NCBI RefSeq assembly: GCF_009914755.1
Contig: NC_060934.1
Length of the DNA: 64,000 nt
Source of the DNA: the human T2T-CHM13v2.0 reference genome, Homo sapiens
Reading direction: 5' to 3' (one strand)
A program made the translations under genes and the position numbers. The notes under the pieces were generated by a model. It ran no database searches and had not been told where the DNA came from. It was given only the letters and a program-made list of their open reading frames with translations. Positions 19,017-32,644 of this stretch are shown here, piece by piece (within the stretch, counting starts at the first letter, position 1; each line of letters opens with the position of its first letter).

Positions 19017-19620
19017 TACATTGACATTGTCAAGGTTCAAGACACATTGATTAATCAGGTAATACACATTCTAAACACTTAGTGAAACGGACTGTAAAAA
19101 AACTATTTTACTGACTCTGAGGGGCAACAATTTGTCTTCTTCTACTTTAATGACGATGCTGTGTCTATGTCTTTACAGTCAATGGTACTTAAAATTACCT
19201 GGAATGACTGGGTTTCACTGATTGAGTATCACTTAAAAGCCAACTGAATTTTGCTAAAATTTCCAAAATTAAACAAGAAATACTGAACAATTTTCAGCAT
19301 GCTAAGAGATAGAGAAGCGAATGATAGAAAGGATAGAAATTATTGAACAATACGTTCTAGATAGGATGATGCACAAGGCTAATTTCACTTTGAATACAGC
19401 CAAGTGGAAAATGATGAAAATCCCGTTCAATGTAACAGAAAATAAATGTGCATGGGTGCAATTTTAATAGAATAGTACTGCCATTCATTTGGCTGCACCG
19501 GAGCCAAGGAGACACTCAGGGAGTGCTTGGTAACAAAAAATATGGACCTGATAAATTATGCAGCCAAATTAGCAAGTAATTAGACAGAAGCATTGAAACT
19601 GCACCAGAAACAGCAGCTAT
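19017..19620 (+). mobile_element. Possible ancient CR1/L3 ORF2 (RT) fossil
   Basis: Collinear degenerate motifs YIDIVKVQDT, LNFAKISKI, LNTAKWKMM and a gagacactcagggagtgcttggta segment resembling CR1 YLDFSKAFDT, SKFADDTKL, FNxxKCKVM, EKDLGVLV. Confidence 0.45.
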
Positions 19621-19729
19621 CCCAGAAATTCCAAACACGTACTAAAACAAATAAGTGGAAGCTTGTGAAATTCACTATATTTACAATTGCGCACTTCTGT
19701 TCTCGAAATCCTAATAATTAATTTCCTTG

Positions 19730-19960
19730 GGGGAAACTTCTGGAATCCCCCAGAGTTGGTTTCCTTGTCATCTGTTTTCGTAGCATCTTATTTTCATTTC
19801 CTGCACATAACTTAATATTCCTGGGATTCAGTAATTTGTGTTTCCCTCCTCCAACTAGCTCCATGAGTCTAGAGACCTCATGTCTGTTTGGTTCTTTGCA
19901 TGCCTAGCACAGTGTGGGTTTACATTACAGGTGCTCCAAATATACTTTTTAATAAATTAA
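19730..19960 (+). mobile_element. L2 3' end
   Basis: agctccatgag...gcctagcacagtg...ggtgctccaaatatactttttaataaattaa. Confidence 0.65.
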
Positions 19961-20447
19961 TAATCTTCTCACACACTAGCAGTTCTCTTCACTTTCCAGG
20001 CTTTTCTGGGTTGTTACTTGCATTGTCTCTAGATGCTCTTCCTTTCTCTTCCACTACCACTCTGATGAGAATACAATAGCAGACAGCATCCCTAGAACAA
20101 CACGACATCTACAGAAAAGGGGCATGCCCCTCCCACCCCTTTGTACTCTGCACACCAAAATAGATCACTTGTTCCAGTGCAGTCAGGCATCCCTGATGGG
20201 CCCCAAAATACATAGGCAATAATCTCACAGGAATCTTACATCTCTGTCTGAAATCATCTTCAGAACCACACAATATATATCTTACTAGGTGCTCTGTAGA
20301 TAACTAAAGTGATGCAGAAACCACACATGTTCATCCAGTACCTACCACGTGACAGTTATTGCAAAATTATCCCACATCAAGGACAGACAGATAGCAAATC
20401 TCCCTTGAATCCTTCTGTCCAGCTATGGTCATGCTCACACTTTCTAA

Positions 20448-20919
<472 letters not shown>

Positions 20920-21160
20920 TGAGTATATGAGTGTGAGTATAAGCCTGCCATCTATTAATGTATTCATTTAAAGATTGTGCTCTGATTGTCAGTGATAAAA
21001 GACAAACCGTATTTTCATTTTACAGGATATTTCGACAGGTCTAATATGAGATTTCTTCTCACTCCATTTATTCATACTTATTTCATTATCTCCCTGTTTT
21101 ACTTGCAGCTGTGCCCATCAACCACTAATTATTTTTCTTTTAGGAAGAAATAATACATAA

Positions 21161-21464
<304 letters not shown>

Positions 21465-21716
21465 ACCCGTCAATGTTAACTCTAAAAAAATTGCTTCATC
21501 TTACCACCAGCTATTTGGGACTCAACATTGGAATAATAACCTAGGAATATTCTATAAAGTGAAATGACTTTCAGAAATTACAAACATATACGTATATTTT
21601 ATATATATATTTATTTACATATACACACATCTCGAGTGGCAGGATACATGTATACCTATAGTTGTCTCAATGTGGGTTGTCCCAAAAGCAGACCACAAGA
21701 CAAGGACTGAAATATA

Positions 21717-21995
<279 letters not shown>

Positions 21996-22203
21996 AAAAG
22001 AAAGAGGAAAGAACGAAAGGAAGGAAGGAAGGAGAAAGAAAGAGAAAGGAAGAAAGAAAGAAAGAGAGGAAGAAAGGAGGGAGGGAGGGAGGAAGGGAAG
22101 AAAGAAAAAGAAGGAAGGAAGGAAAGGTAGGAAGGAGGAAGGAAGGGAAGGAAGGAAGGAGGAAGGAAGGGAAGGAAGGAAGGGAGAGAAAGAAAGAAAG
22201 AAA
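21996..22203 (+). repeat. Compound (GGAA)n/(GAAA)n/(GGAG)n purine tract
   Basis: About 200 nt of almost pure A/G derived from the Alu tail. Confidence 0.95.
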
Positions 22204-22273
22204 TGTAAGTAGGTTGTTTAGGAGATAATTGCAGGTAAAATGGGAGGGAAGCGGGAAGGTGGAGATACGGTGG

Positions 22274-22775
22274 TATAAGGCCTAAAATTAAGATCCAATA
22301 TTATGCATGCTTTGACATCTGGGAAAAACTGTGAGGGCCTCAAATGCCCTAACTGCAAGTTCCCATCCCCACTCTTTTTCCACAGATAAGGTACCCTAGC
22401 CAAGCCATCCTCCTTATCACAGGAACCAGTCACGGTTCCTGCTTATCTCTGAGTAGTGGGGTTCAGTTGCCTGCCACCCCATAGCATTATTCAAACGAGA
22501 CAGTCACATCCTCCCACAGGCACTAGAGGAAGCTCCACCCTGCTGATACTACAAAGCCAGCCTCCCACAGCCCCTGCTTCTTCACTCTGTTCCCAAGTGC
22601 TGGTGACCCTGTGTGGCACGCGATGTCCTCTTCTGCCCTGCTGTGAACATGTGGGACTAATACATTGCCATCCATCTCCTTATCTAGTGCTGGGTGTCAT
22701 GTGTCTAGGTATCCCCATAATCCTGGGGTGAGAATCTCCCTTTACCAATGGGGTGACTAGGAGGCAATTAAAACA
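22274..22775 (+). mobile_element. ERVL-type LTR, MER74-like, inside an older LTR remnant
   Basis: aggcctaaaattaagatccaatattatg...gagggcctcaaatgccctaactgcaagttccc...cagataaggtaccctagcc. Confidence 0.55.
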
Positions 22776-23249
22776 GATACATAAGGAAATGCATGTCATA
22801 AAATGCATGCTATCTAGCAAGTTTTTACATGGCTAACTGAGAAACTGCAGCAAAAAACGGTGTGGAGAGTTCTGGGAGCCAGTGAGAACCAGCTTCAGAG
22901 ATACCCAAGTGGGAAAAAGAGCTGGCGTTTTTAAAAGCCAACACTTGTCAGTCATTAATTGAAGGCTGCTCCCAGGGACATTAATTCTCCCACATCTCAA
23001 GGAAAGTGGTTCAGCCAGCCAGAGAAAGCCCTCAAGCAAAGAAATGTTCAGGCTGGCAGGTGGAAGTTGACTTGCAAGCACTTTCGTTGTAAGACCTGAG
23101 GGGCTACGGGCTGAGCCTGGCTGCTACAATGTAAAAGCGTGGTGGTCTTTTAGACCAAAATCCTGTCCCTTCTTGATATTTTCCACAAAATTCATGGATC
23201 TACTGGCAGAAAGACTTCATCTTTTGGTACAGAAAAAGTTCTATGCACG

Positions 23250-23549
23250 GGGCCAGGCGCAGTGGCTCACGCCTCTAATCCCAGCACTTTGGGAGGCAGA
23301 GGTGGGTGGATCACTTGAGGCCAGGAGTTCAAGACTAGCCTGGCCAACATGGTGAAACCCTGTCTGTCCTAAAAATACCAAAATTAGCCAGGCATGGTGG
23401 TGTGCACCTGTAGTCCCAGCTACTTGGGAGGTTGAGACAGGAGAATAATAGCTTGAACCCGGAGGCGGAGGTTGCAATGAGCTGAGATCGCACCACTGCC
23501 CTCCAGCCTGGGAGACAGAGCAAGACTGTGTCTGAAAAAAAAAAAAAAA
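23250..23549 (+). mobile_element. AluS
   Basis: Full Alu, TSD-like aaaaagttct(a/g)tgca. Confidence 0.95.
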
Positions 23550-23659
23550 GTTCTGTGCATGAAAGGGGGAAAGGGGGATAAAGAAAAAACAGAGAAAAAT
23601 GTTCAATGCCACGGTCTGATGATCAAAGATACTGCTAATACCTCCAGCATTGAGGAATG

Positions 23660-23820
23660 AGAGTTCTCAGATGTTAGCATGTATCAAAGTCATTAGGAGG
23701 GACTGGGTTTCAACTGGAGGGTCTCTCATTAAGTCTTCTGGGGTGAGATCTGAGAATCTGTATTTCTAAGGAGTTCCCTGGTGCTGCCAATGCTGCTGGC
23801 CTGGGGACCACACTTGGCTC
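23660..23820. mobile_element. MER5A-like hAT MITE
   Basis: tgagaatctgtatttctaaggagttccctggtgctgcc...ggggaccacactt. Confidence 0.7.
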
Positions 23821-24784
23821 TAGGCCAAGGTTCTACAACCAAAGGTTTTCAGATGTAGAGCGATGGAGACCTGATGGAGACCTGGGATGGGGATGTGACA
23901 GAGTCAGAATGATTCCAGAAGAGGCCTCTTCAAAGTGCGCTGCACCATCACAGCATGAGCCGAAGCCATAGAACAATCAGCAGCTTTGTCTTTGCTGCCT
24001 CACAGTTACAGAGGAGAAGGTGATGGGATTTCCTTTCTATAGATCAAGGTCACGGAGACAGTCAAGTGAAAACAAGAACTTGAGGATGGCAGCTGAATGT
24101 GAATTCAGCCAAAGTCCTGATATACATGGACATTCTTCTCCAGGGACAGTATGACAAGGGGTTTCCAAAAAAGACAATATTGAGAACTGAAGTCAGACTC
24201 AGTCTCACAGAGGCAATCATTGGACACTTGCCTGTTGATAAGGCGATGCCTTGCACTTCGTCCTTTATTCCTGAAGGAGCAGGAGCAATGGCCTATCAGA
24301 AATGGCCAGGTATCTTGGATTCATGGAAACACACTTGCTGATGAAAAGAGGACAGCCCTGACTAGCACTTTCTCTTTTTGCCTCTGAGTTTGAGTAGGCA
24401 AGAAGTACACAAGAGTCCTTCTATTTGTATGAAGAAAAAGAAACAAGATCATCGTGTTTATTGTCAGAGCATTTTGAGACATTGTTTTGACTTCATTTTA
24501 AGCCCTGTTAACTTTTAGTCTTATCTCTAGCAGATTTCCTCACTAAAGTGAGTGACCAAATCTCCCTCAATGCCCATTTCTTTAAATGCTATCGCATAAA
24601 ACCTGGAACATGTATTCCATAGGTTGCTTTGATGATAAGCAGATAATATGTGCCAAGCACCCAGCTGGGTGTGTCCTGGTGCAGCCGCCATCGGCCCTTC
24701 CCCTCCCCTCCCCACACTCTGGCCCTCCTTAGTTGTCTTGCTGATGGCTTCCTGTCTGTAGAGCACATTACAAACCCTAATACT

Positions 24785-25330
24785 TTCATTCATTCACTGA
24801 TGTAGCAAATGCTTATTTTTATTTGATATATGACCCTCCATAAATGCTGGAGATACAAAAATGATGGGTAGTCCCTGCTGTTGCATTGTTCTCAATCTAC
24901 CCTAGAAGTGGGCAAATAAAGTCAGTCGACACTGGCGTCATACTGACCTATGTGGAGAAACACACAGGGAGAAAGTTACAGAGAGGAGAGGCCGTTGGAA
25001 GGGCTTCCCGAGGAAAGCAGCCGCTGAGCTGTGTCTCCAGGGAGGAGCTAAGCAGCCGGCTAGGTAGAAGAGGAGGCGGCCAAGCAGAAGGAACAGCAAG
25101 TAAAAGGGCGCAGAGGCCAGACAGAAGAATGTGTCTGAATTGATAGAAAAGGGGACAGGAAGGTGAAGAGCAGTGCCAAGAAGCAGAGGACAGCCACAGA
25201 GCTGGCATCGTGTGATGCGGAAGGCATGGTCAAATTCGAGGAAGCAAGTAATACAAGGATAGATGCCTGTTGGCTATGTTGCCGACCATCTCGGCAGAAA
25301 GCCTGCTGGGAGAACAGTAGGTGGGGCAGA
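24785..25330 (-). mobile_element. L2 fragment (source of the inverted duplication)
   Basis: ttcattcattcactgatgtagcaaatgcttat...gctggagatacaaaaatga...gaaggaacagcaagtaaaagggcgcagagg. Confidence 0.7.
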
Positions 25331-25971
25331 AGTCAGTCCATGATAACCTGAGATATGAATGGGGGTTGAACGCTGTCAACATGTTATGTGGCTTTTGTGG
25401 CCTGAGCTGCACCGCCACACCCCCTTCCTGTTGTGTGTGGGGATTCATGATGATATTAGTAGCACATACAGTAAGCGGGATCTGGGGCTTCATTTAACAT
25501 CTTGTGTTTCGTTCTGTAGTGCCCCCTCCTCCTGTTGGTTTATATCTAGTATTAGTAGATATATCTCTTTAAAACTTGGTTTCATATTTTGGACTACATC
25601 AATTACCCTTACAATTTATGATCGCTTATTCATTTATACTGCCAGTTTTTCACTTTAGGGATATAATAGATCATCACCACGACTAACCCCACCACCAGCA
25701 CCCCCACATACTCCTCAGTACTTTTTCTACCTTTTATTTCTATTTTTCTTTTCTGTTTTCGAGGCAGGGTGTCACTCTGTTGCCCAGGCTGGAGTGCAGT
25801 GGCATGAATTCAGCTTTTCTTTTACTTGCTGTTCCTTCTGCTTGGCCGCCTCTTCCTCCACCTGGATGGTTGCTTAGCTCGTCCCCGGAGACACAGCTCA
25901 GCGGCTGCTTTTCTCGGGAAGCCCTTCCAACTGCCTCTCCTCCCTTTCACTTTCTCCCTGTGTGTTTCTCC
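24954..25971. repeat. Inverted repeat, arms 24954-25106 and 25819-25971
   Basis: Manual ungapped alignment: 153 nt, 14 mismatches (~91%), 712-nt spacer. Confidence 0.93.
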
Positions 25972-26215
25972 CTGTGTGCCCATGAAATCTTCAACTCCCA
26001 CCTCCCGGGCTCAGGTGATCCTGTCACCTCACCCTCCTGAGAATACCTGGGACTACAGGTGCATGCCACCGTGCTCAGCTAATTTTTGTATCTTGTGTAG
26101 AGATGGGGTCTCACTATGTTGCCCAGGCTGGTCTTGAACTCCTAGGCTCAAGCGATCTGACCGCCTCAGCCTCCCAGAGTGTCAGGATTACAGGCGTGAG
26201 CCACAATGCCTGGCC
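25730..26215 (-). mobile_element. AluJ interrupted by a 153-bp inverted copy of nearby DNA
   Basis: Alu ...ggagtgcagtggcatgaattcagct, then the insert at 25819-25971, then ...cctcccgggctcaggtgatcc...gcctggcc. Confidence 0.9.
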
Positions 26216-26332
26216 TTACTTTTTCAACTTCTATTTGTACTTCACGTTTTACCATTTGGAGCTTCATTTAGCATCTGGTACCTTCTTCTATAGCATCTCT
26301 TCTCTTCCAAATATTTATATTCTTTGTTAAAA

Positions 26333-27290
26333 TTTTTTTATTTCAATAGTTTTTGGGGTACAAGTGTTTTTTTGTTACATGGATGAATTGTACAGTGGTG
26401 AATTCTGAGATTTTAGTGCACCCATCGCCGGAGCAGTGTACATTGTACCTATGTGTAGTTTTTTGATCCCTAGCCCTCCTCCCATCTTCCCCTTTCTGAG
26501 TCTCTAAAGACCATTATATGCACCCTGTATGCCTCTGCATACTCATAGCTTAGCTCCCATTTATAAGTGAGGATATACAGTTTTTGATTTTCTACTCCTG
26601 TGTTACTTCATTAAGAATAATGGCCGCCAGCTCCATCCAGGTTGCTGCAAAAGACATTATTTTGTTTCTTCTTATGGCTGGGTAGTATTCCATGGTGTAT
26701 ATACACCACATCTTCTTTATCAACTCATTGGATGGGCACTTACGTCAGTTCCACATCTTTGCAATTGTGAATTGTGCTACTATAAACGTGTGTGCATGTG
26801 TATTTTTCATATAGATTTCTTTTCCTTTGGCTAGATACCTGATAGTGGGATTGCTGGATTGAATGGTAGATCCACTTTTAGTGGAATCTTCACGCTGTTT
26901 TCCATAAAAGCTGTACTAATTTGCATTCCCACCAGCAGTGTCTAAGTGTTCCCTTTTCCCCATCCTCGCCAACATCTGTTGTTTTTGACTTTTTAATAAT
27001 GTCCATTTTTTTTGCCAGAGTAAGGTGGTATCTCACTGTGGTTTTAATTTGCATTTCCCTGATGATTAGTGGTGTCAAGCATTTTTTCCTATGTTTGTTG
27101 GCCATTTGTATATCTTCTTTTGAGAACTGTCTATTCATGTCCTTTGCTCACTTTTTGATGGGATTATTTTTCTCTTGCTGATTTGTTTGAGTTCCTCGTA
27201 GATTCTGGATTCTAGCCCTTTGACAGATGCATAGTTTGCAAATATTTTCTCCCATTCTGTGGGTTGTCTATTTGCTCTGCTGATTATTCC
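26333..27290 (-). mobile_element. L1PB-type 3' portion (ORF2 C-terminus and 3' UTR)
   Basis: ORF 26890-27138 gives [16 protein letters not shown]...[16 protein letters not shown], the L1 ORF2p C-terminal domain. Confidence 0.92.
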
Positions 27291-28189
27291 TTTTATGTTC
27301 TTATTAAGGTTACGTGAAAGACTTGCTCAGTGTGATCTGGGGCTCCCTCTTGTGGCAGACAGTGGCCCAAAGCCATTCCCAAACCCCTTTCCTTTCCCTG
27401 CCTTCAATACACAGGCACCAAGCGAGACATTTATATTTCTAGACTTCCAGAAGCCAAGGCTGAGCATGTGACACTTATGGCTAAAAAGATTTAGGCAGAA
27501 ATCTTTGAGTAGGGATTTCCTTTTCAACTACAAAGGCAAAGCCTCATTAGGAAGAAGCCCTTTGCTCTCGTCCTTTTTTCTCTTCTCAACTGTGATGCAG
27601 ACTGCCCCAAGGGCTGCCACCTTTGGCCGACATGAGGATGAGAACTAGCCGCTGAGGATGGCTGGAAGTCACCTGAGGATCAGGTAGCTCCCACCCCGAG
27701 ATGGAGGGTAAGGGAAAGAAAGTCAGGGCAGGTCTTTTGAACCACATTTGTAACATTTATATAAAAGAAATTTCTTCACAGTGCTGTTTTAAAAGTATTT
27801 TAAGCACATCATTTCAAAGTGTGACCGGAATAATGATATACCAATTTGAAAGCAGTTATTTTAGTGAATAAAAGTTTCGTTTTAAGGGGGGGGAAAGGGT
27901 GTGACTGTAATATAGATTTATTTGGATTTCTGAAAAATATAGCCCGCCTGGGCTATGGTAGAAAAAGCATAAACTGTTAGAACAACAACGCAGAGCCCGC
28001 TGGAAAAACAAGGAAAGAATTCAGAAAGCCAGCGTGAGATCCTCTCTGTCCTAAAAACAACCCTGCGGGAAGGCGTCCTGGGTTCAAGTCCCAAGTTGTA
28101 TACTTACTAACTGTGTGACCTTAGGCAAATCACTGCAATTTCTCTGTGCCTCATGGTCTTCGTTTGGAAAAAAAAAAAAAAAAAGGAAT

Positions 28190-28830
28190 TTGCCCAACAA
28201 ATAGTCAGTTTCTACTATATGCCATTATTATTCCAGGCACAACAGTAAATGAAACAGACAAACATCTCTGTCCACATGGAGCTCGCTGCCTAGTAGGAGG
28301 AGATAGATAAGAACAAGTACTGTGAAATATATGTGGTGTCATATGGTGAAAAGTGGTACAGGAAAAAATAGGGCAAAGAAAGAGGAAGCGGAAAGTAGGG
28401 ATAGGAGTGGAGGCTGAAGGGAGAGACAGCCGGAAGCCGGAAGCCGAAAACCGGAAGCAAGAAGTAGACTAGGTGGGTATCTGGGGGATGCTCATGAAAG
28501 ACCCTTAGTCCAGGAAGAGAACACTGTTGGAGACAAGGCGCCAGAGCATACTATGTTCTAGAAATAACTGGAAGTTCCATGCAGCTGGAACACAGTGAGC
28601 AAGTAGAATTGAAAGAGATGAAGTCAGAGAAGCAGTGGGGACCAGATTTTTTAATGACTCACCAGCCTCGGAAAGGACTTCAGCTTTCACTGAGTGAACT
28701 GAGGAGTCACTGGAGGAGAGGACAGGATGGAGTTTGTATTTAAAAGGACCACTTAGTGTGCTGTTTTGAGAATAGATTCTGGAAGGGGACACTAGTTCTG
28801 AGGCAATTACAACAATCCGGGCAGACAGGA
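28190..28830 (-). mobile_element. L2 fragment (MIR fragment adjacent at ~28075-28170)
   Basis: aacagacaaacatctctgtccacatggagctc...tttgtatttaaaaggaccact...gaggcaattacaacaatccggg. Confidence 0.7.
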
Positions 28831-29108
28831 GGAGAAGGTCCTTTTCCACCCCACGCATTTGCCGTGATGTAATGCGTACGAATGTGAATTTCAAGAGACT
28901 ACCTGCGTTTATGATACATTATTATTGCCAGTTTATGACCTTTATGCTAAAAACATGCTAGCAGGAAAAAATATAGCCAACAAATGCAGTTGCATATGAG
29001 TTCACAGACAATGATAAACACACTTTTCAGCTTTTCAAAGAGTTGACACCAAATTGGTGTCTGATTTAGATCCTGCTTAATGGCTCAAGGAAACAGATGA
29101 GTGAGACC

Positions 29109-29551
29109 TGTTAAAGCAAACTAAATATGGCCTGAGGACTCCGTACTTCTATATTTGGGTCCTTGTGGACGAACTGTAACCTAGCTTAATAGTCAGACAA
29201 GATTGAAAAGCTAACTTAGAAGTATGTGCCTATAACAATAGCTGAGTTTTGGCCAATCCCAGCGGCCATACTTCAACGACTCATAGACTGCTAAGTGTTC
29301 AAACTGTGTTCAAATAAGACAAACGCCAACCTGTAACCAACCCAGCTGTTTCTGTACCTCACTGCCAATTTCTATGTGTCACTTCCTTATTTATTTATTT
29401 ATTTATTTGTCTATAAATTCACTCTGACAATGAGGCATCCCTGGAGTCTCTCTGAATCTGCCGTGATTCTGGGAGCTGCCCAATTCATGAATCGTTTGTT
29501 GCTCAATTAAACTCCTTTAAATTTAATTTGGCTGAAGTTTCTCTATTAACA
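29109..29551 (+). mobile_element. ERV1 solo LTR, MER57A-like
   Basis: TGttaaagcaaactaaatatggcctgag...attaaCA with 4-bp TSD GACC (29105-29108, 29552-29555). Confidence 0.88.
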
Positions 29552-30129
29552 GACCAATGACAGGTCACATCCCAACTTCTCTGGCTTCTTTATATGACTC
29601 AGGAACATTTTAAATCTGGGGGAAAAAAAATAACCTGTACCTTTCCTCAACAGGACAATAACACATTTTTATATCAGCTTGTTAAACACACGTGACACAT
29701 CTATATCAAGTTGTTACACACACACCCTTGCTTAAATAATTGTTAAACACCTGTGGTCCAAAAAAATAATCACAGGGCATCACTAATTTATTTGCCAGAT
29801 TAAAGATGTAAGATAGAGCTTTAATATCCAACCGTTGGTAATCACGGAAATTCCAATTAAAACAAAGAGATACCATTTTCGCCCATCAAGCTAACAAAAA
29901 TATAAACATAATAATACTTAATGTTCATGATAGACCCCAACTGATCAGAAACAGATGCTGGGTCCATGGTAGGCACTTCCCCAGTGTAGACAGCCACTCA
30001 ACCAGGTATCCACCTCTGGAGTCCCTGGAAGGAGGGCCAGGGGCTGGGGACAGAGCACCTGGGACTCAGGGATGCAGCCCTCTCAGCACTTTAATAACTG
30101 GTATGGCCATCCTGGCTTGAATATCAGCT

Positions 30130-30690
30130 CTGCCTCACTGTAGCCCCAGTAATCTCTCCAAATTACAGACTTCATCAGGTCATTCACCTGAAAAGCCTTC
30201 AGTAGAGTCTCAAAACCTGTGAGATAATGCCTGAATTATTTAGCAAGGAGTGCCCCTTTGTTTTCTAGCCCCCCTATCTACTTTTCCAGCCTCACATTCA
30301 CCTGTCCTCAACACATATCCTGGGACCCAGCCATCCCGAGGGATTTTTCAGCTTCACAAACCCATCTTGTTCTTATATCCTTAAGCCTTTAGATGTGGTG
30401 CAAATGTCTTCTTCCCTGCTTGCCTGCTCAAGGAATTTCTACTTATCCTTCCAAGACTCAAAACAGGCACTTGTACCTGTTTAGCCTCCCCTGGCTTCTC
30501 TCCCCTGGGCTACCCCCTCTTCATGCCTAGACATATCTCAAGGACAGCATTTATGCAGAATGGTCATTACACATGCTGCTTCCCACTCTCTAGATGGGGG
30601 ACTCCTTGGGAGCAGGGACAGATGCTTTCTTGGGACTATGTCCACAGATTCTGAAACTCCGGCTGACCAGGGCAGAGTCCCAGAAAATCT
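30130..30690 (+). mobile_element. L2 fragment
   Basis: ttctacttatccttccaagactca...actccttgggagcagggacag. Confidence 0.55.
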
Positions 30691-31166
30691 TCTAAGATTC
30701 AACAATTGACGTGCTTTGCTACAAACACTGCAGATCTGGACCTAGCACCTGCCTTCCTAAGGAAAGAAGGATGTTTTTACCCGATCAAATTAGGTACCAC
30801 CTGCATATTCACCCTGTTGGTACCCAGGCTCTAAGATAAGAGCACAGGTTTCCTGCAGCATAAATATCCACTGAACGGATGAATGAAGCCATTAATAACC
30901 TTTTGACTGTGTGCTAAGAGTCAGTACTGTGCTGAGAAGAATATTTTCAAAAGAAAAGAAAATCATCTTTTTGAGTGAGTTGGGATAGAATCTTTGGATA
31001 TAAATTCATTCTTTTCTTAGGGGACTTGCTCTTAATGAAACTCAGGGTGAATGAGGCGGATGTGCTTATTCCCTGGACCTTCCTGAAAGTACAGTGCAAT
31101 CCCACAAATACAGCCTGTACGCAGCAGGAATGAAGGGTGAACCTGTGTCTGTAGGTGTTGGGAGGA

Positions 31167-31185
31167 CACACACACACACACACAC
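31167..31185 (+). repeat. (AC)n microsatellite
   Basis: Direct observation. Confidence 0.9.
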
Positions 31186-31839
31186 GGGAAAGGAAAACTG
31201 AGTTGGTTAACTGCAACTTGGGTAAAGTAAATAATGAGGCCTCAGTGCATGTTCACTGGCATGGTTTATGGTTTCTCTTGTGACTTTCTGGAGAGGGCAA
31301 CTTTCTGGAGGTGGCCACCAGAACACCAGCTTCCGCCTTTAAGGCTGGGCACAGACTCTCCGACCCACCCACACAGATTGGGGCAGCTCCAAGCTCCCAG
31401 ATTCGGCAAGGACTCCCATGCTGAGAAAGCTCTCCAGGTTATTTTCAAAAATGGCCTGGGGCCTAAATTACACTCAGGGGGATGCCAGCCCCCTGGAAAG
31501 CCCCCTGAAGCTGACCATGCGTGGCTTATTCTGCATTCCTTGTTGCTGCTGCATATCTGAATTCATTAAGTTTGACTTCGTAATCTGAAGAGATTCAAAG
31601 ATCTGAGCTGTTCTCTTGCCTCTCAGTATGGTATGTGGCTTCTAGGCCAAATTCTATCACTTCCAGGTCTCCCCAAGGTCCTCTGTCCCCAAAAGCCTGT
31701 CATATGTGCTCACCTCCTTCTTCCAAGTCCCCTAAATGTCCAGAAAGCTTTATCTCCATTTCCTATGAGACACACTGCAGCTTATCTCTGTTTCACCATC
31801 TGGAGCCTAATTCCCATGAGGGCAAAGACCATGAGGAAC

Positions 31840-32020
31840 ACAGCCTTCAGCTTTGTGGCCTGGGACAAGTTACTGACCTCTCTGTGTTTTGGCTTCTCCT
31901 TTGGTAAAATGAGAATATTACCAGTTCTACATAATAACATTGTGGTGAGAATTAAATGAAATCATACTAAGCTGCTGAAACCTGGCACTTAGGAACAGTT
32001 GAATAATTGCTAAACTTCCT
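31840..32020 (+). mobile_element. MIR
   Basis: ggacaagttactgacctctctgtg...gtaaaatgagaata...gtgagaattaaatga. Confidence 0.75.
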
Positions 32021-32644
32021 TGGTTCTATTCAGCTTGACACAAAGCCCCATAGATCACAGGGACTCCCATTTGGGTGACTATTCTCTATCTTAAACAAAC
32101 AGCATTTCAGCCCTGACTTGAACTGCTTATAAAATGGGGGGTTGGGGGGGTGGGGGGCAGGCAATACAAGAAATCTGAATATTAATGGAGAATTTTGCCC
32201 ATTGTGTCTGTGTCTCACCTCAAGATATTTTTTATAACAATGTGGATTCCCTAACGAGACTTCTTAAAAGTTGATGCACTTCAAAAAGTTACATCCTCTC
32301 ATATCCCAACAACAAAATTACTTCTGTGAAAGTTGATTATGTGAATTGGGTGATTCTTGCCATACCCAAATAAATCAGAGTCTAGGGACCAGCGGAGGGA
32401 AAGCATTCCGCACATAGCACCTGTTTCAAAAATTATCCACAAACCCAGCTACTAAAACAATGTGCTGTAACCCTAAGATGAGTTTTACTTAGCAGCTGCT
32501 GGAATCACCTGCTGCGACTCTAAGACTAGTTTTACTTACCACTGTCACTCACCAGTCAGAGCTTGCCAGCTCCCAAAACCTTCTATCGTGCCAATGAGCT
32601 TTCTTTCAAAACAATACATAACACTTGTCTTACTGATAAAACTC

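Noticed and set aside
24948-26040. Apparent paralogous peptide pair ([11 protein letters not shown]...ETQLSGCF) on opposite strands
   Set aside because: Explained by the DNA-level inverted duplication of an L2 fragment; no sign of coding constraint.
26890-27181. L1 ORF2-like peptide
   Set aside because: Truncated, frameshifted L1 3' fragment; not an active element. The same applies to 32911-33111.
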